DNA of 64,000 bases from Candidatus Eiseniibacteriota bacterium (GCA_041483195.1 JBGPFC010000001.1:1-64000), one strand, 5' to 3'; shown: positions 28,997 to 39,947, counted from the first letter of the stretch. The notes: generated by a model from the letters alone, not told the origin. Translations and numbers: made by a program.

Positions 28997-29920
28997 TCAC
29001 TTGCTCTTGTACACCTCGGTGCTCAGGTACTTCATCCCGGAGTCGATCATCAGCGTGGCCACCCGGGCATCGGGCCCCAGTCGCTCCGCCACTCGAATCG
29101 AGGCGACGACGTTTGCGCCGGAAGACGTTCCCGCGAACAGGCCCTCCTCGCGCGCGAGGCGCCTCGCCATCTCCTCCGCCTCGTCCGTGCTGACCGGAAG
29201 GATGTCGTCGACGAGCGCCGGCTCCCAGAGTGGAGGCGTGCGGCCGATCCCGATTCCTTCGATCCGGTGCCCCCCCGGCTGACCTCCCTGCAACACCGAG
29301 GACTCTGCGGGCTCGACGACGACGATCTTGATGCCCGGATGGTGGCGCCTCAGCACGGTCGCGACCCCGCGCGATGAGGCCGCCGTGCCCACGCAGTGAA
29401 CGAAGGCGTCGAGCTTCCCCTCGGTCTGGCTCCAGATCTCCTCGCCCAGCGGGAAGTAGCCCGCGATGCTGTCCTGGTTGTTGAGCTGATCGATCCAGTA
29501 GGTGTGAGGCTCCCGGCTCATTCCGCGGGCGACCTCGATCAGGTCCAGGATCAGCTTCCTGGTGGTGAGCCCTCCCTCGCTCGGGACGACCGTCAGCTCA
29601 GCGCCCAGCGCCGCCATGTGATCCCGCTTCTCCTGGCTGAACGCATCGGAGGTCGCGATCCTGAGACGGTACCCTTTGGCGGCACAGACCAGCGCGAGCG
29701 ATGTCCCGGTGCTGCCGCCCGTGTACTCGATGACGGTGTCTCCGCGCTTGAGGCGACCGTCCTCCTCGGCCCGCGCGATCACGGCCTGCGCCATCCGGTC
29801 CTTCATGCTGCCGGTGGGATTCTCCCACTCGAGCTTCGCGAAGATGCCCGCGCCGTTCGCGGGGACGACCTTGCGGAGCCGGACGATCGACGTGTTGCCG
29901 ACGGCATCGAGAATGTCCAT
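28997..29920 (-). CDS. PLP-dependent cysteine synthase family protein
   Basis: KLEWENPTGSMKDRMA, EYTGGSTG, HRIEGIG, EGLFAGTSSGAN, DSGMKYLST. Confidence 0.9.
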   Translation of the reverse strand: MDILDAVGNTSIVRLRKVVPANGAGIFAKLEWENPTGSMKDRMAQAVIARAEEDGRLKRGDTVIEYTGGSTGTSLALVCAAKGYRLRIATSDAFSQEKRDHMAALGAELTVVPSEGGLTTRKLILDLIEVARGMSREPHTYWIDQLNNQDSIAGYFPLGEEIWSQTEGKLDAFVHCVGTAASSRGVATVLRRHHPGIKIVVVEPAESSVLQGGQPGGHRIEGIGIGRTPPLWEPALVDDILPVSTDEAEEMARRLAREEGLFAGTSSGANVVASIRVAERLGPDARVATLMIDSGMKYLSTEVYKSK

Positions 29921-29998
29921 GCGTTGAGCCCTTCCTCGCGCTACGGCCGGTGGACGCGGTTCACGTTCGCCAAGCGACGTTCAGAGTTTCATGCGGCA

Positions 29999-30250
29999 TC
30001 ATACGCTGCCGCCATCGCGCGCGTTGAGGACGCGTCCGAACACGTCTCGATCCACGTTGCTCCCGGACATCACGAGTCCGACTCGCTTGCCCGCCATTCG
30101 CGCGCGCTCCTGGAGCAGCGCCGCGAGCGGCGCGGCGGCCGCGCCTTCGGCCACGTTGTGGGTGTCCGTGAAATAGTGCCGCATGGCGGCCTCGAGCTCC
30201 GCCAGGTCGGGCACGGTGAAGACCGGTTCGGTGGCGAGATTCGGAGTCAT
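29999..30250 (-). pseudogene. Internally deleted threonine/serine dehydratase (83 aa)
   Basis: N-terminal PDLAELEAA joined directly to C-terminal AMRHYFTDTHNVAEGAAAAPLAALL...SGSNVD; PLP-lysine core absent. Confidence 0.7.
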
Positions 30251-30663
30251 GATGCTCCCTCGTGCGTGGGCGCGGGATCGCCGGTGGGCACTATGCCCGC
30301 GTTTTCGACCATGAGCACGAGGGTGCGACGCGGGGCGCGCGGCCGATGCGGAACGCCCTTCGGCACCACGAACCCCTGCCCGGCTTCGAGTGTGACCGTG
30401 CGGCCCTCGAGGTCGATGAGGAACCGGCCTTCCACCACGTAGAAGAACTCGTCCTCGTCGTCGTGCTGGTGCCAGTGGTACTCGCCCTCCACGACGCCGA
30501 GGCGAACGACCGAGTCGTTCACCCGGCACAGCGTCTGGTTGTACCACTTGTGCGTGCACGCCGCGGCGAGCGCCCCGACGTCCACCAGCTCCAGGGGTCC
30601 ATGGAGGATGTCGAGTCGGGTCTCGTACGGGTACGCGGGCTGCGAAGCCTTGGGCTCGCTCAT
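30247..30663 (-). CDS. Cupin domain protein
   Basis: GEYHWHQHDDEDEFFYVVEG...VVPKGVPHRP. Confidence 0.9.
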   Translation of the reverse strand: MSEPKASQPAYPYETRLDILHGPLELVDVGALAAACTHKWYNQTLCRVNDSVVRLGVVEGEYHWHQHDDEDEFFYVVEGRFLIDLEGRTVTLEAGQGFVVPKGVPHRPRAPRRTLVLMVENAGIVPTGDPAPTHEGAS

Positions 30664-30803
30664 GGTGTGCTTTCTCCGGGAATGGGAACCCGATCGCCGT
30701 GGCTCGGCAGCTGGCTCACGACGAGGACGATCGGGTCATCGGGGTCCTCGTGGCGGGGGTCGTGCGAACGCGTGAAGCACCATCGCAGAACGCTCGCGGA
30801 ATG

Positions 30804-30860
30804 CACAGATACAGTTCACGGCAATTGTGACCGGCACAGTTGCGAGACCGTGTCATCTGC
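30804..30860. promoter_or_regulatory. Divergent promoter region with ACAG/ACAGT repeats, putative MocR sites
   Basis: cacagatacagt...cacagt between the cupin operon and the MocR gene. Confidence 0.4.
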
Positions 30861-30873
30861 TAGAATTCCGCGA

Positions 30874-32309
30874 ATGCGATCCGCCGCGAGCGACGCGCGC
30901 CCGCTCTACCAGAAGGTGGCCGAGAGCATCCGGCAGCAGGTGCAGGGCGGCAGCCTGCGCGTGGGCGATCGCGCGCCTTCCCTGAGACGGCTCCAGCGCC
31001 AGCACCGCGTCAGCATGTCCACCACGATCCAGGCCTATCACTGGCTCGAGGCGCAGGGCTTCCTCGAGGCACGGGCCAAGTCGGGATTCTTCGTGCGCGC
31101 GCCGCGCCCCGACCTCATCCCCGAGCCGCGGTTCGACGCGCAGAAGATCGTGCCGCGCTCGCGCAGCACGCGCGACATCTTCGTGCAGGTCATGCGGGCC
31201 GTCGACGATCCGGCCAACGTTCCGTTCGGGGCCGGCAGCATCGGCCCCGAGGTGCTGCCCAACCCGCAGCTCAACCGGATCTGCGCAGGATCGTCGCGCG
31301 CGATCCGCTCCACAGCGCGACCTACTCCATGCCCCCGGGGCTGCGGGCGCTGCGCCGGCAGATCGCGCGCCGCAGCGGCGACATGGGCTGCTCGCTCTCG
31401 CCCGACGACATCATCATCACCAGCGGGGCGCTCGAGGCGGTGCAGCTCGCGCTGCGGGCGACGGTGCAGCCGGGACAGGTGCTCGCGGTCGAGAGCCCGA
31501 CCTACTACGGCGTCCTCGAGTGCGCGAACTCGCTGGGGCTCGAGGTGGTCGAGATTCCCACGCACCCGCAGGGCGGGATGGATCTGGATGAGCTGGGGCG
31601 CACCATCCGCAGGCGCAAGGTTCGCGCGTGCTTCGTGATGACGAACGGTCACAACCCGCTCGGCTACGTCCTATCGGATGCTTACAAGAAGGCGCTCGTC
31701 GACCTGACCGCGAAACACGGCGTCCCGCTCATCGACGACGACATCCACGGCGACCTCACCTTCGGCGAGGGCCGGCCGACCACGACCAAGACCTTCGATC
31801 GCAGCGGGCTCGTGATCCTGTGCTCGTCGTTCTCCAAGCTCCTCTCGCCCGGATACCGCGTCGGCTGGATCGCCGCCGGGCGCTTCGCCGCGAAGATCGA
31901 GCGGCTCAAGATGCTCGCGAGCGTGGCCGTCGCGTCCCTGCCCCAGATGGTGATCGCGGAGTTCCTCGAGTCGGGCGGGTACGATCGCCACGTGAGGCAG
32001 CTGCGCTCGAACCTCGCGAATCAGGTGGATCAGGTCCGCCAGGGCGTGGCGCGCTACTTCCCAGCGGGAACCCGGGTCAGTCGCCCGGCGGGCGGATACA
32101 TGCTCTGGGTCGAGCTGCCGAAGCGCACCGACGCGATCCAGCTCCATCACGCGGCGCTCTCCCGCCGGATCAGCGTGCTCCCGGGCCCGATGTGCACCAC
32201 CACGCGGCGCTACCAGAATTTCATGCGACTCAGTTGCGGACACGTGTGGACCGAGGCGCACGAGCGGGCGCTCATCGCGCTCGGCCGTCTGTGCGAGCGA
32301 ACCCGCTGA
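30874..32309 (+). pseudogene. MocR/GabR family GntR-PLP regulator split by a 1-bp frameshift near 31281 (real or sequencing error)
   Basis: LYQKVA...PSLRRL wHTH in one frame, VESPTYY/SSFSK/PGYRVGW in the next; adding one C gives LNRILRRIVARDP. Confidence 0.85.
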
Positions 32310-32316
32310 GGTGCGG

Positions 32317-34323
32317 CTACTGCCTCACGCGTCGCGACGGAAGCGGAACGACTGTCACGTCGCTGAGCGTCTTGGTGTTCAGCAGCATGTCAGCGGCGGC
32401 CGTGGCACGCTCATAGGATCGGTAGGCGCCGAGCACGATGCGGTACGTATTGCCCCCGTCATCGGCGGCGGTAACGACCCAGCCTTCGATCCCGGTCAGA
32501 GTGTGCATCCGATCCCGCTGTTCGAGCGCGCTCTCGAGGTCGAGGTAACCGCCGACGTCCAGCGTGTAGGCCCGATTGGACCTCGTCGTCGAACCATCCA
32601 AGGAGTTTTCGTCGACGCGTGCCAAGGGAGATGGCCCCGCGATACGAGAATCAGCCCGGGGAACACCGGACGATGACGCGTTGTCGGCGTCTGGTGGCGT
32701 GGAGGAGAGCGCGTTGTCGGCGTTCGGTGGCGCCGTGGTTGGCGCCTTGTCGGCGACCTGTTGCGCGGTGGATGACGCCTTGTGCGCAACCTTCGGTGCG
32801 GCGGCGGTCGTCATGACTCTGGCGACTCGCCCGGCGCGACCGCGCGCGAGGCCGCCCGCCCGCATCACCAGCACGACCGCGGTGACCACCACCATCGCCG
32901 CGAGCAATGCGGTCGTCGCGAAGCGCAGGCCGCCGCGGCGTCTCGAGCGGGTTCGTGGCCGCGCGCGGTTCTGAGGGCGTCGGGGCGGTGGAGGCGTCTC
33001 CTCCGCGCCCTGCGTTCCCGCGTCGCTCGCATCGGACGGTTCCGCCGCCCAGGATGATTGAGCGAGCGCCTGCGATGAGAGTTGCAGCGGCCCCTTGTCT
33101 CCGACGAAGCGCGCCACCCATTCGCGCGCATCCTGTTTCGCCGGCGGCGTGAATGCCGGCGTGGCGTCTGCTTCGACGCGCGCCGCGCTCGCACTCTTGA
33201 CCGCAGGGCTGGTGCCGGCCGGTGTTGCCGAGGGCGCCGGCGCGCGAACGGCCGCCTCCGCTTTCGGCGAAGGCTGAGGCTTGGGGGCCGGGGCCGGCGC
33301 GACGGCCGGAGCGGAAGTCGGTCGCACGACCGCGACCGGAGCCGGCGCGACAACCGGCGCCGGAGTCGGTCGCGCGACAGCGGCCGGGGCCGGCGCGACA
33401 ACCGGAGCCGGTGTCGGCGCGACAACCGGCACCTTCGCCGGTGCGACAGCGCGCGGCGAAGTAATCGGCGCCGGTGAGTCCTCAGGGCCGGCATCGTCCG
33501 AGTCATCGAAGTTGCCCGTCGGAACGAGGAGCCCCAGCGCCGCCGCCGCGGTCTGCACGTGCTCCGCCCCCACCGTCTGGTCGCCCCACGCGCGCGCGAC
33601 GCGCAGCGCCTCGGCGGCGAGCGCGTTGATCTGGCGCGGCACGCCGCCGGTGCGCGCCGCGATGTCGCGGCAGGTCTTGCGCGAGAACAGGCCCGGCCCA
33701 TCGCCCGAGGCGGCGGTGACCCGATGATGGAGGTATCGCCGAGTCTCCGCGGCCGGCAGCGGCTCGAGCTTCGCGTGCACCGAGACGCGCTGGCGGAGTG
33801 CGACGAGCGCCGGCTCGTTGAGCTTCGCTTCGAGCGTCGGCAGGCCGATGAGCATGACCTCGAGCGGCCGGCGAACCTGCTGCGCGGCGTTGACCAAGAG
33901 GCGCAGCACCTCGAGCAGCTCCGGCGACAGGCCGTGCGCGTCGTCGACGATCAGCGTCGCGACCTGGCCGCGACTCGTGATCTCCCCGAGCGCCCGCTCG
34001 ACGCATGCGACGAGCTTCGACCGGCTGGCGCCGTCCGGAGGCTCGGCGCCGAAGCGCCGAATGATCTCTTCGAGGAACTCGGCGACCGTCAGCGCGGGGT
34101 ACGCGATGAATGCCGCCGTCACGCGCGAGCCCCAGCGCGCGACCGCCTCGTACGCGAGCGTGGTCTTGCCGGTCCCGGGACCGCCGGTGACGAGCAGGAA
34201 CGGTTCGCGCGCTCCGAGTCCATCGTCCAGCCGGCGCAGCGCTTCCCCACCGCCGGGGGTCTCGAGGAAAGATTCGCGCGAGTAGACCGGGGTGAATGGG
34301 TGATCGGGAGTCACGTCGGGCAC
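32317..34323 (-). CDS. ExeA/GspA-like AAA ATPase with Pro/Ala linker, TM helix and C-terminal SPOR domain
   Basis: GGPGTGKTT, LIVDDAH, LRQRV, GGVPRQINAL; YRIVLGAYRSYERA. Confidence 0.85.
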   Translation of the reverse strand: MPDVTPDHPFTPVYSRESFLETPGGGEALRRLDDGLGAREPFLLVTGGPGTGKTTLAYEAVARWGSRVTAAFIAYPALTVAEFLEEIIRRFGAEPPDGASRSKLVACVERALGEITSRGQVATLIVDDAHGLSPELLEVLRLLVNAAQQVRRPLEVMLIGLPTLEAKLNEPALVALRQRVSVHAKLEPLPAAETRRYLHHRVTAASGDGPGLFSRKTCRDIAARTGGVPRQINALAAEALRVARAWGDQTVGAEHVQTAAAALGLLVPTGNFDDSDDAGPEDSPAPITSPRAVAPAKVPVVAPTPAPVVAPAPAAVARPTPAPVVAPAPVAVVRPTSAPAVAPAPAPKPQPSPKAEAAVRAPAPSATPAGTSPAVKSASAARVEADATPAFTPPAKQDAREWVARFVGDKGPLQLSSQALAQSSWAAEPSDASDAGTQGAEETPPPPRRPQNRARPRTRSRRRGGLRFATTALLAAMVVVTAVVLVMRAGGLARGRAGRVARVMTTAAAPKVAHKASSTAQQVADKAPTTAPPNADNALSSTPPDADNASSSGVPRADSRIAGPSPLARVDENSLDGSTTRSNRAYTLDVGGYLDLESALEQRDRMHTLTGIEGWVVTAADDGGNTYRIVLGAYRSYERATAAADMLLNTKTLSDVTVVPLPSRRVRQ
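33240..33450 (-). repeat. Imperfect tandem repeat encoding a PAPVVAPAP linker
   Basis: Repeated gccggcgcgacaaccgg units. Confidence 0.7.
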
Positions 34324-34431
34324 TCGAGGGTTCGTGGCCGGCCGGGATGGCGGGTCTCAGTAGTTTTCGGCGGGCGGGCCCGCCAACCTGAGGGCGTTGT
34401 CCGGGCCGCGGCCGGCGCCGGCCACGGGGGT

Positions 34432-34488
34432 TCAGCCCGCCGCCCTCCCCGCCACCGTCCCGCTGATCCCCGCCCATTGGAAATTGAA
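34432..34488 (-). repeat. Displaced copy of the HI0933 gene 3' end (att-like scar 1)
   Basis: Encodes FNFQWAGISGTVAGRAAG*, versus FNFQWSWSSGTVAGRAAGR* at 50135-50194. Confidence 0.9.
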
Positions 34489-34493
34489 CGCCA

Positions 34494-37400
34494 TCAATCC
34501 CTGGCTGGTTCGTGAGGCGTGGGAGTGACCTGCCGGCGTTTCCGATGTGTCAGCGCGTACAACGTCGGCAGCACCAGGAGCGTGAGCAGAGTCGAAGAGA
34601 TGATGCCGCCTATCACCACGGTCGCGAGCGGCCGCTGAACCTCTGCGCCGGTCCCGGTGGCGAGCGCCATGGGCACGAAGCCGAACGCGGCAACCAGGGC
34701 GGTCATGAGAATGGGCCTCAGCCGTCGCGTGCAGCCATCCAGGATCGCGAGATCGACGTCCAGACCGTCCATGACCCGCTGGCGGACGAAGGAGAGCAGC
34801 ACGAGACCATTGAGGACGGCAACGCCCGAGAGCGCGATGAAACCGATTCCCGCCGTGATCGAGAACGGCATGTGGCGCGTCGCGAGCGCGAGGACGCCTC
34901 CGGTCAGCGCCAGAGGCACGCCGCTGAAGACCACGAGCGCATCGCGTAATGAGCCGAAGGCGAGGACGAGGGAAACCAGCACCAGCACGAGCGCCATCGG
35001 CACGACGATCGCGAGCCGGTTGCGGGCCGTCACCAGATTCTCGAACTGCCCGCCCCATCCCAGCCAGTAGCCGGCCGGAATCGAAACTCTCTCGTCGACG
35101 CCCCGCCGAACGTCGGCCACGAATGAGGCGAGATCCCGACCCCGGACGTTCGCTTGCACCACGACGCGTCGCTTGCCGTTCTCGCGACTGACCTGATTCG
35201 GCCCTTCCTCGAGCCGGATGTGCGCCACGGTGCTCAAGGGCACGAACTCGATGCGCGATGCACCCGGCGCGGCTGAACCGTCATGGCCATGCCCCGCGAT
35301 TGGGATCGGCAGCAGTTCGAGCGCCGCCACATCACGCCTCGATGGCTCGGGCAGGCGGACCACGATGGGAAACCGCCGATCTCCCGCGAACAACTCCCCG
35401 GCCTGCGTGCCACCGAGTGCCGTCCTCACCACGTTCTGGACGTCGGCGAGGTCGAGCCCGAAGCGGGCCACCGCACGGCGGTCGATGTCGATCGCGAGTG
35501 AAGGCAGCCCCGTCACCTGCTCGACCTTGACGTCGGTGGCGCCCGGCACGGCTCGCACGATGCGCGCGATACGATTCGCGGTGGTGAGCATCGTGTCGAG
35601 ATCGTCCCCGAACACCTTGATCGCAAGATCGCTTCGCACCCCGGCGATGAGCTCGTTGAAGCGCATCTGGATGGGCTGGGTGAACTCGTATGCGTTTCCC
35701 GGGAGCACCGAAAGCCGCCGCTCCATCTCCTCCACCACTTCGGCCTTCGGCCGCCTGGGGTCCGGCCATTGCCGACGGGGCTTCATGATCACGTAAGTGT
35801 CGCCGGTGCTGATCGGCATCGGGTCGTTCGCGACTTCGGCGGTGCCCAGGCGCGCGAAGACTTCCCGCACCTCGGGCATGGTGGCGATCACCGCTTCGAC
35901 CCGGTGTTGCATGATCACGGCCTGATCGACGCTGATGCCGGGCATGCGCACCGGTTGAATCAGGATGTCCTGCTCATCGAGCGTCGGCACGAACTCGCCG
36001 CCGAGACGCGTCGCGAGCACCGTGCACGCCACCAGCAGCACGCCGGTGCCGGTCAGCACGACCGCTCGGTGCGCCAGCGACCACCGCAGCACCGGCACGT
36101 ACGCGTGGCGGACGCGGCGCACGACCGGGCTCTCCGTTTCGGCGAGGCGCCCGCGCAGCAGCAGCGCGGTCATGGCGGGCACGAACGTGAAGGCGAGCAG
36201 CAGCGCCCCGGTGAGCGCCAGGAGCACGACCTCGGCGAGCGGGCGGAACATCTTCCCCTCGATGCCGGCGAGCGTCAGGATCGGCAGATAGACGATCAGG
36301 ATGATCCCGGTCCCGAACAGCGTCGGGCGCGCGACTTCCCGCGCGCTGGAGTAGCTCAGGACGAGCCGCTCGGGGAGGGTGAGCACGCGCCCGACTTCCT
36401 GCTGGCGCTGGCTCAGCCGACGCAGGATGTTCTCGACCATCACCACCGCGCCATCGACGATGATGCCGAAATCGATCGCTCCGAGACTGAGCAGGTTGGC
36501 GCTGACGCGACCCTGCACCATTCCGGTCACCGCGAAGAGCATCGAGAGCGGAATGACCAACGCCACGATCAGGGCGCCGACCCAGTTCCCGAGCAGCGCG
36601 AACAGCACCGCGATCACGAGGATGGCGCCCTCGAGCAGATTCTTGCGCACCGTGTCGAGCGTGGCGTCGACGAGCCGCGTGCGATCGTAGACGGGCCTCG
36701 CCACGACCCCGGGCGGCAACGAGCGACCGACCTCCTTCAGGCGTTCTCCGACCCGCTTCGCGACCGCGCGGCTGTTCTCGCCGAACAGCATGATGGCCGT
36801 GCCGATGACCGTCTCCGCCCCGCGGCTGGTCGCCGCGCCGGTGCGCAGCTCCTGTCCAAGCCCGACCGTGGCGACATCACCGACATGGATCGGCACACCG
36901 CTGCGCGTGGCGACTACGATCCGCTCGATGTCGTCGGGAGACGACAATCGCCCGTCGGTATGGACGAGGTACTGCTCGCCCTTGTGCGGCAGGAAGCCTG
37001 CCCCGACCGCCTGGTTGTTGTGTTCCAGCGCGAGCAGCACGTCGTCCAGCGTGAGGCCGTACGCCCGCAGCTGAGCGGGATCGGGTTGCACGTCGTACTG
37101 CTTCCGGAACCCGCCGATGGTGTTGACCTCGGTCACGCCGGGAACGGTCCGGATCTGCGGCTTGATGATCCAGTCCTGGATCTCGCGAAGGTCGGTGGCG
37201 GTGTAAATCGTGCCGTCCGCCTTGCGCGCATCCGGCCGCGCTTCGACCTCCCAGTGGAAGATCTCGCCCAGCCCGGTCGCGATCGGGCCCATCATGGGTT
37301 CGGCGATGCCGCGCGGAAGGCTTTCCCGCGCCTCTTGCATGCGCTCGTTGACGAGTTGCCGGGCGAAGTAGATGTCGGTGCCGTCGCGAAACACCACCGT

Positions 37401-37715
37401 GACCTGCGAGAGTCCGTAGCGCGACAGCGATCGGGTCTCCGCCAGGCCGGGCAGGCCCGACATCGCGGTCTCGATCGGAAACGTGACCCGCCGCTCGATC
37501 TCCAGAGGCGGCAGGCCCTCGACGATCGTGTTGACCTGGACCTGCACGTTGGTGATGTCCGGCACGGCGTCGATGGGAAGACGGCGGAGATTGAAAATCC
37601 CAAGACCCGCAACAGCCGCGGTCACGGCCACCACCGCCCAGCGATGTGCGACCGAGAAGTGGAGTGTGCGTTCGAGCAGCGTGCGGGCCTCCGGCAGGTC
37701 CGAGTCAGTCTTCAT
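34494..37715 (-). CDS. CusA/CzcA heavy-metal efflux RND transporter
   Basis: LPIDAVPDITNVQVQV, SANLLSLGAIDFGIIVDGAVVMVEN, RLRPILMTA, GAEVQRPLATVVIGG. Confidence 0.95.
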   Translation of the reverse strand: MKTDSDLPEARTLLERTLHFSVAHRWAVVAVTAAVAGLGIFNLRRLPIDAVPDITNVQVQVNTIVEGLPPLEIERRVTFPIETAMSGLPGLAETRSLSRYGLSQVTVVFRDGTDIYFARQLVNERMQEARESLPRGIAEPMMGPIATGLGEIFHWEVEARPDARKADGTIYTATDLREIQDWIIKPQIRTVPGVTEVNTIGGFRKQYDVQPDPAQLRAYGLTLDDVLLALEHNNQAVGAGFLPHKGEQYLVHTDGRLSSPDDIERIVVATRSGVPIHVGDVATVGLGQELRTGAATSRGAETVIGTAIMLFGENSRAVAKRVGERLKEVGRSLPPGVVARPVYDRTRLVDATLDTVRKNLLEGAILVIAVLFALLGNWVGALIVALVIPLSMLFAVTGMVQGRVSANLLSLGAIDFGIIVDGAVVMVENILRRLSQRQQEVGRVLTLPERLVLSYSSAREVARPTLFGTGIILIVYLPILTLAGIEGKMFRPLAEVVLLALTGALLLAFTFVPAMTALLLRGRLAETESPVVRRVRHAYVPVLRWSLAHRAVVLTGTGVLLVACTVLATRLGGEFVPTLDEQDILIQPVRMPGISVDQAVIMQHRVEAVIATMPEVREVFARLGTAEVANDPMPISTGDTYVIMKPRRQWPDPRRPKAEVVEEMERRLSVLPGNAYEFTQPIQMRFNELIAGVRSDLAIKVFGDDLDTMLTTANRIARIVRAVPGATDVKVEQVTGLPSLAIDIDRRAVARFGLDLADVQNVVRTALGGTQAGELFAGDRRFPIVVRLPEPSRRDVAALELLPIPIAGHGHDGSAAPGASRIEFVPLSTVAHIRLEEGPNQVSRENGKRRVVVQANVRGRDLASFVADVRRGVDERVSIPAGYWLGWGGQFENLVTARNRLAIVVPMALVLVLVSLVLAFGSLRDALVVFSGVPLALTGGVLALATRHMPFSITAGIGFIALSGVAVLNGLVLLSFVRQRVMDGLDVDLAILDGCTRRLRPILMTALVAAFGFVPMALATGTGAEVQRPLATVVIGGIISSTLLTLLVLPTLYALTHRKRRQVTPTPHEPARD

Positions 37716-38661
37716 CGCCGCCCGCTTCCTTCTCGAGTTCCGCCTTCAGCCAGAACGCGTTCCGGGTGACGATGCGCGCGCCGCGTTCGAGTCCCGTGAC
37801 GATCTCGGTCATCGTTCCGTCGCTTCGGCCCAGCGTCACGGGTTGTACCTCGAACCCGGACGAGTCGGCGCGGAATACGGCGGCGCCCGTGCCCACGCGG
37901 ACGATCGCGTCCTCCGGCACCGCCACCGGCACCGTGACGCGCTCGAGCACCACGACCGCGGTCACGAGGCGTCCGGGCTGCCAGCGGCCATCGGGGTTCG
38001 GAAGCACGACGCGCGCGTAGGTGGTGCGCGTATCCACGTCGAGCACCGGCCCGACGTAGCTGATCGTGCCGGACGCCGAGGTCGCCGGCCCCCCCGCCGC
38101 CCGCACGTGGACGCGTTGCCCACTTCGAATCCTGCCGAGTTGCTCCACGTAGATCGGAACGTCGAGCCATACGCTGGACAGATCCGAGACCGTGTACAGG
38201 ACCGACCCCAGGTCCACCGCCGCTCCAGGGCTAGCCGGGCGAGCGACGATCGTCCCGCCCATCGGGGCGGACACGACGTAGCCGCTGAGGCTCTCATTGC
38301 TCAGGATCTCGGCCAACGGCTGCCCGCGGGAGACGCGGCTCCCCAGCTCCGCGAGCAACGTCGTCACGCGACCCGGGTAGGTCGGCCGCACATCGACGCT
38401 GCGCTCGGCGTTCAACTTGATCTCGCCCGGCAGCTCGAGGGTGACGTCGGTCGGCTGGGCCCCGGACCTGCCGACGGCGATCCCGGCGCCGCGGACCGCC
38501 TCGGGCGACAGAGTCACGAGGGCCCCGCCATGCGATCCGGTGCGCGGCGCTGCCTCGTGCTCGGCGACCTCGGGCGGCTGCTTCGCGCAGCCGGAAACGG
38601 CCATTGCGTGCGCCAGCAGGACGGCCGTCAGCAGAGTTGCTGTTCGCCATGGGCGGTTCAT
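37705..38661 (-). CDS. RND periplasmic adaptor (CzcB/CusB-like)
   Basis: Lipobox VSGC, APMGGTI, DLSSVW, GTISYVGPVLDVDTRT. Confidence 0.9.
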   Translation of the reverse strand: MNRPWRTATLLTAVLLAHAMAVSGCAKQPPEVAEHEAAPRTGSHGGALVTLSPEAVRGAGIAVGRSGAQPTDVTLELPGEIKLNAERSVDVRPTYPGRVTTLLAELGSRVSRGQPLAEILSNESLSGYVVSAPMGGTIVARPASPGAAVDLGSVLYTVSDLSSVWLDVPIYVEQLGRIRSGQRVHVRAAGGPATSASGTISYVGPVLDVDTRTTYARVVLPNPDGRWQPGRLVTAVVVLERVTVPVAVPEDAIVRVGTGAAVFRADSSGFEVQPVTLGRSDGTMTEIVTGLERGARIVTRNAFWLKAELEKEAGGDED

Positions 38662-39947
38662 CGCGCCTCCTTCGGGGTGAGAAGCCCGGTGCCCGCCAGG
38701 AACTCGAGCCGCAAGTGCGCGCGCCAGAGCTCGGCCTGTGCGTCGATGAGCGCGAGCTCGGTGTCGAGCAGGTTGGATTGCTCGGCAACGAGATCGAGGT
38801 AGCTCGACCGACCCATTCGATAGCCGCGGAGCAACTCGTCGACGATCTGCTCACGGGCCGGACGCACGCGAAGACGGAGGGTGTCGTAGACGGCAGCGGC
38901 GGCCTTGATACGCTCCGCGGCGACCACGAACGAAATCTGAAGTCGCTGCTCCGTCGCTCGTCGTTCGGTTGTGGCCGCCTCGAGCTCGCGATGCGCCGCG
39001 GTGACGCCGCCACCCCCTCGGTTCCAAAGGGGCAGCGGCACTTCAGCCCCGACCAGGAATCCGCTGCCCTGCACTTCTTCGAGGCGTCTCACACCGCCAG
39101 ACAACGTGAGGTCTGGACTCCGGGCCGCGGCCGCCGCCTGCACGCGGGCGGAAGCGATGGCTTCGGTTGCCGCGGCGCGAGTCAGCTCGGGATGCGCCGA
39201 GAGCCGGGGCCACCATCCCGCGGTGTCGCTCGGCAGCACCTGCTCGGGGGCGACCAGGGAGTCGAACGTGGCCGTCACCGCGCCCCAGCTCAGGGCGAGC
39301 TCCCGGCGAGCAACAGTCAGATCCGACTCGGTGCGCTGACGCTCCACCGCTTGCGTCGTCGCCCGACTCTGCGCGCGCAGAATTTCCAGACGTGGTGACG
39401 CGCCGGCCTGAAATCGTTGCGTCGCCGCACGGATGGCTTGCTCGGTGAGCGCCTCGCCTTCCCGCAACCGTCCGAGTCGGGCCTGAAGCGACCACGCCGC
39501 AATGAATCGGTCCGCGGCCTGAGCCAGCGCGTCGCGACCGATCGTGCCCGCCTCGGCACTCGCGAGCCTGGACTCCGCCTCGGCAAGCCCCAGGCGCGCG
39601 CTTCGGTCGCCTCCGATCTCGAAGACCTGGCTGATGGCCATTGTGGCCTCTCGATGGCTCGCACCGAGTTGCCCGCCGAAGTTTTCCTCGGTCGCGTTCA
39701 GAGTCGGGTTCGGACGACGGCCGGCATCCCCGACCCGTGCGCGTGCGGCCTGAGCCCGCAGACCGGTCACCTGAAGCGTCGGTCCGTATCGGCTCGTGAG
39801 CGTGAGCGCACGTTCGAGGGTCAGGGGACCGGAAATGGCGGCGATGGTGTCCGGCGGCATGGGTGCCGCGATCGCCGTGGCCCGCGATGACACGAGAGCC
39901 ACGAGCATGATCGCGCAGCGGCAGCCGGCTCTCACGATTGAGAGCAC
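38658..39947 (-). CDS. TolC/CzcC outer-membrane efflux protein
   Basis: PNPTL, RFQAG...LEILRA, VPLPLWNR, GYRMGRSSYLDL. Confidence 0.9.
   Translation of the reverse strand: MLSIVRAGCRCAIMLVALVSSRATAIAAPMPPDTIAAISGPLTLERALTLTSRYGPTLQVTGLRAQAARARVGDAGRRPNPTLNATEENFGGQLGASHREATMAISQVFEIGGDRSARLGLAEAESRLASAEAGTIGRDALAQAADRFIAAWSLQARLGRLREGEALTEQAIRAATQRFQAGASPRLEILRAQSRATTQAVERQRTESDLTVARRELALSWGAVTATFDSLVAPEQVLPSDTAGWWPRLSAHPELTRAAATEAIASARVQAAAAARSPDLTLSGGVRRLEEVQGSGFLVGAEVPLPLWNRGGGGVTAAHRELEAATTERRATEQRLQISFVVAAERIKAAAAVYDTLRLRVRPAREQIVDELLRGYRMGRSSYLDLVAEQSNLLDTELALIDAQAELWRAHLRLEFLAGTGLLTPKEAR

Noticed and set aside
31270..31330. Programmed frameshift in MocR (and in BlaR1 near 62910)
   Set aside because: Each is explained by one missing C, with no slippery heptamer; more likely sequencing error or a simple mutation
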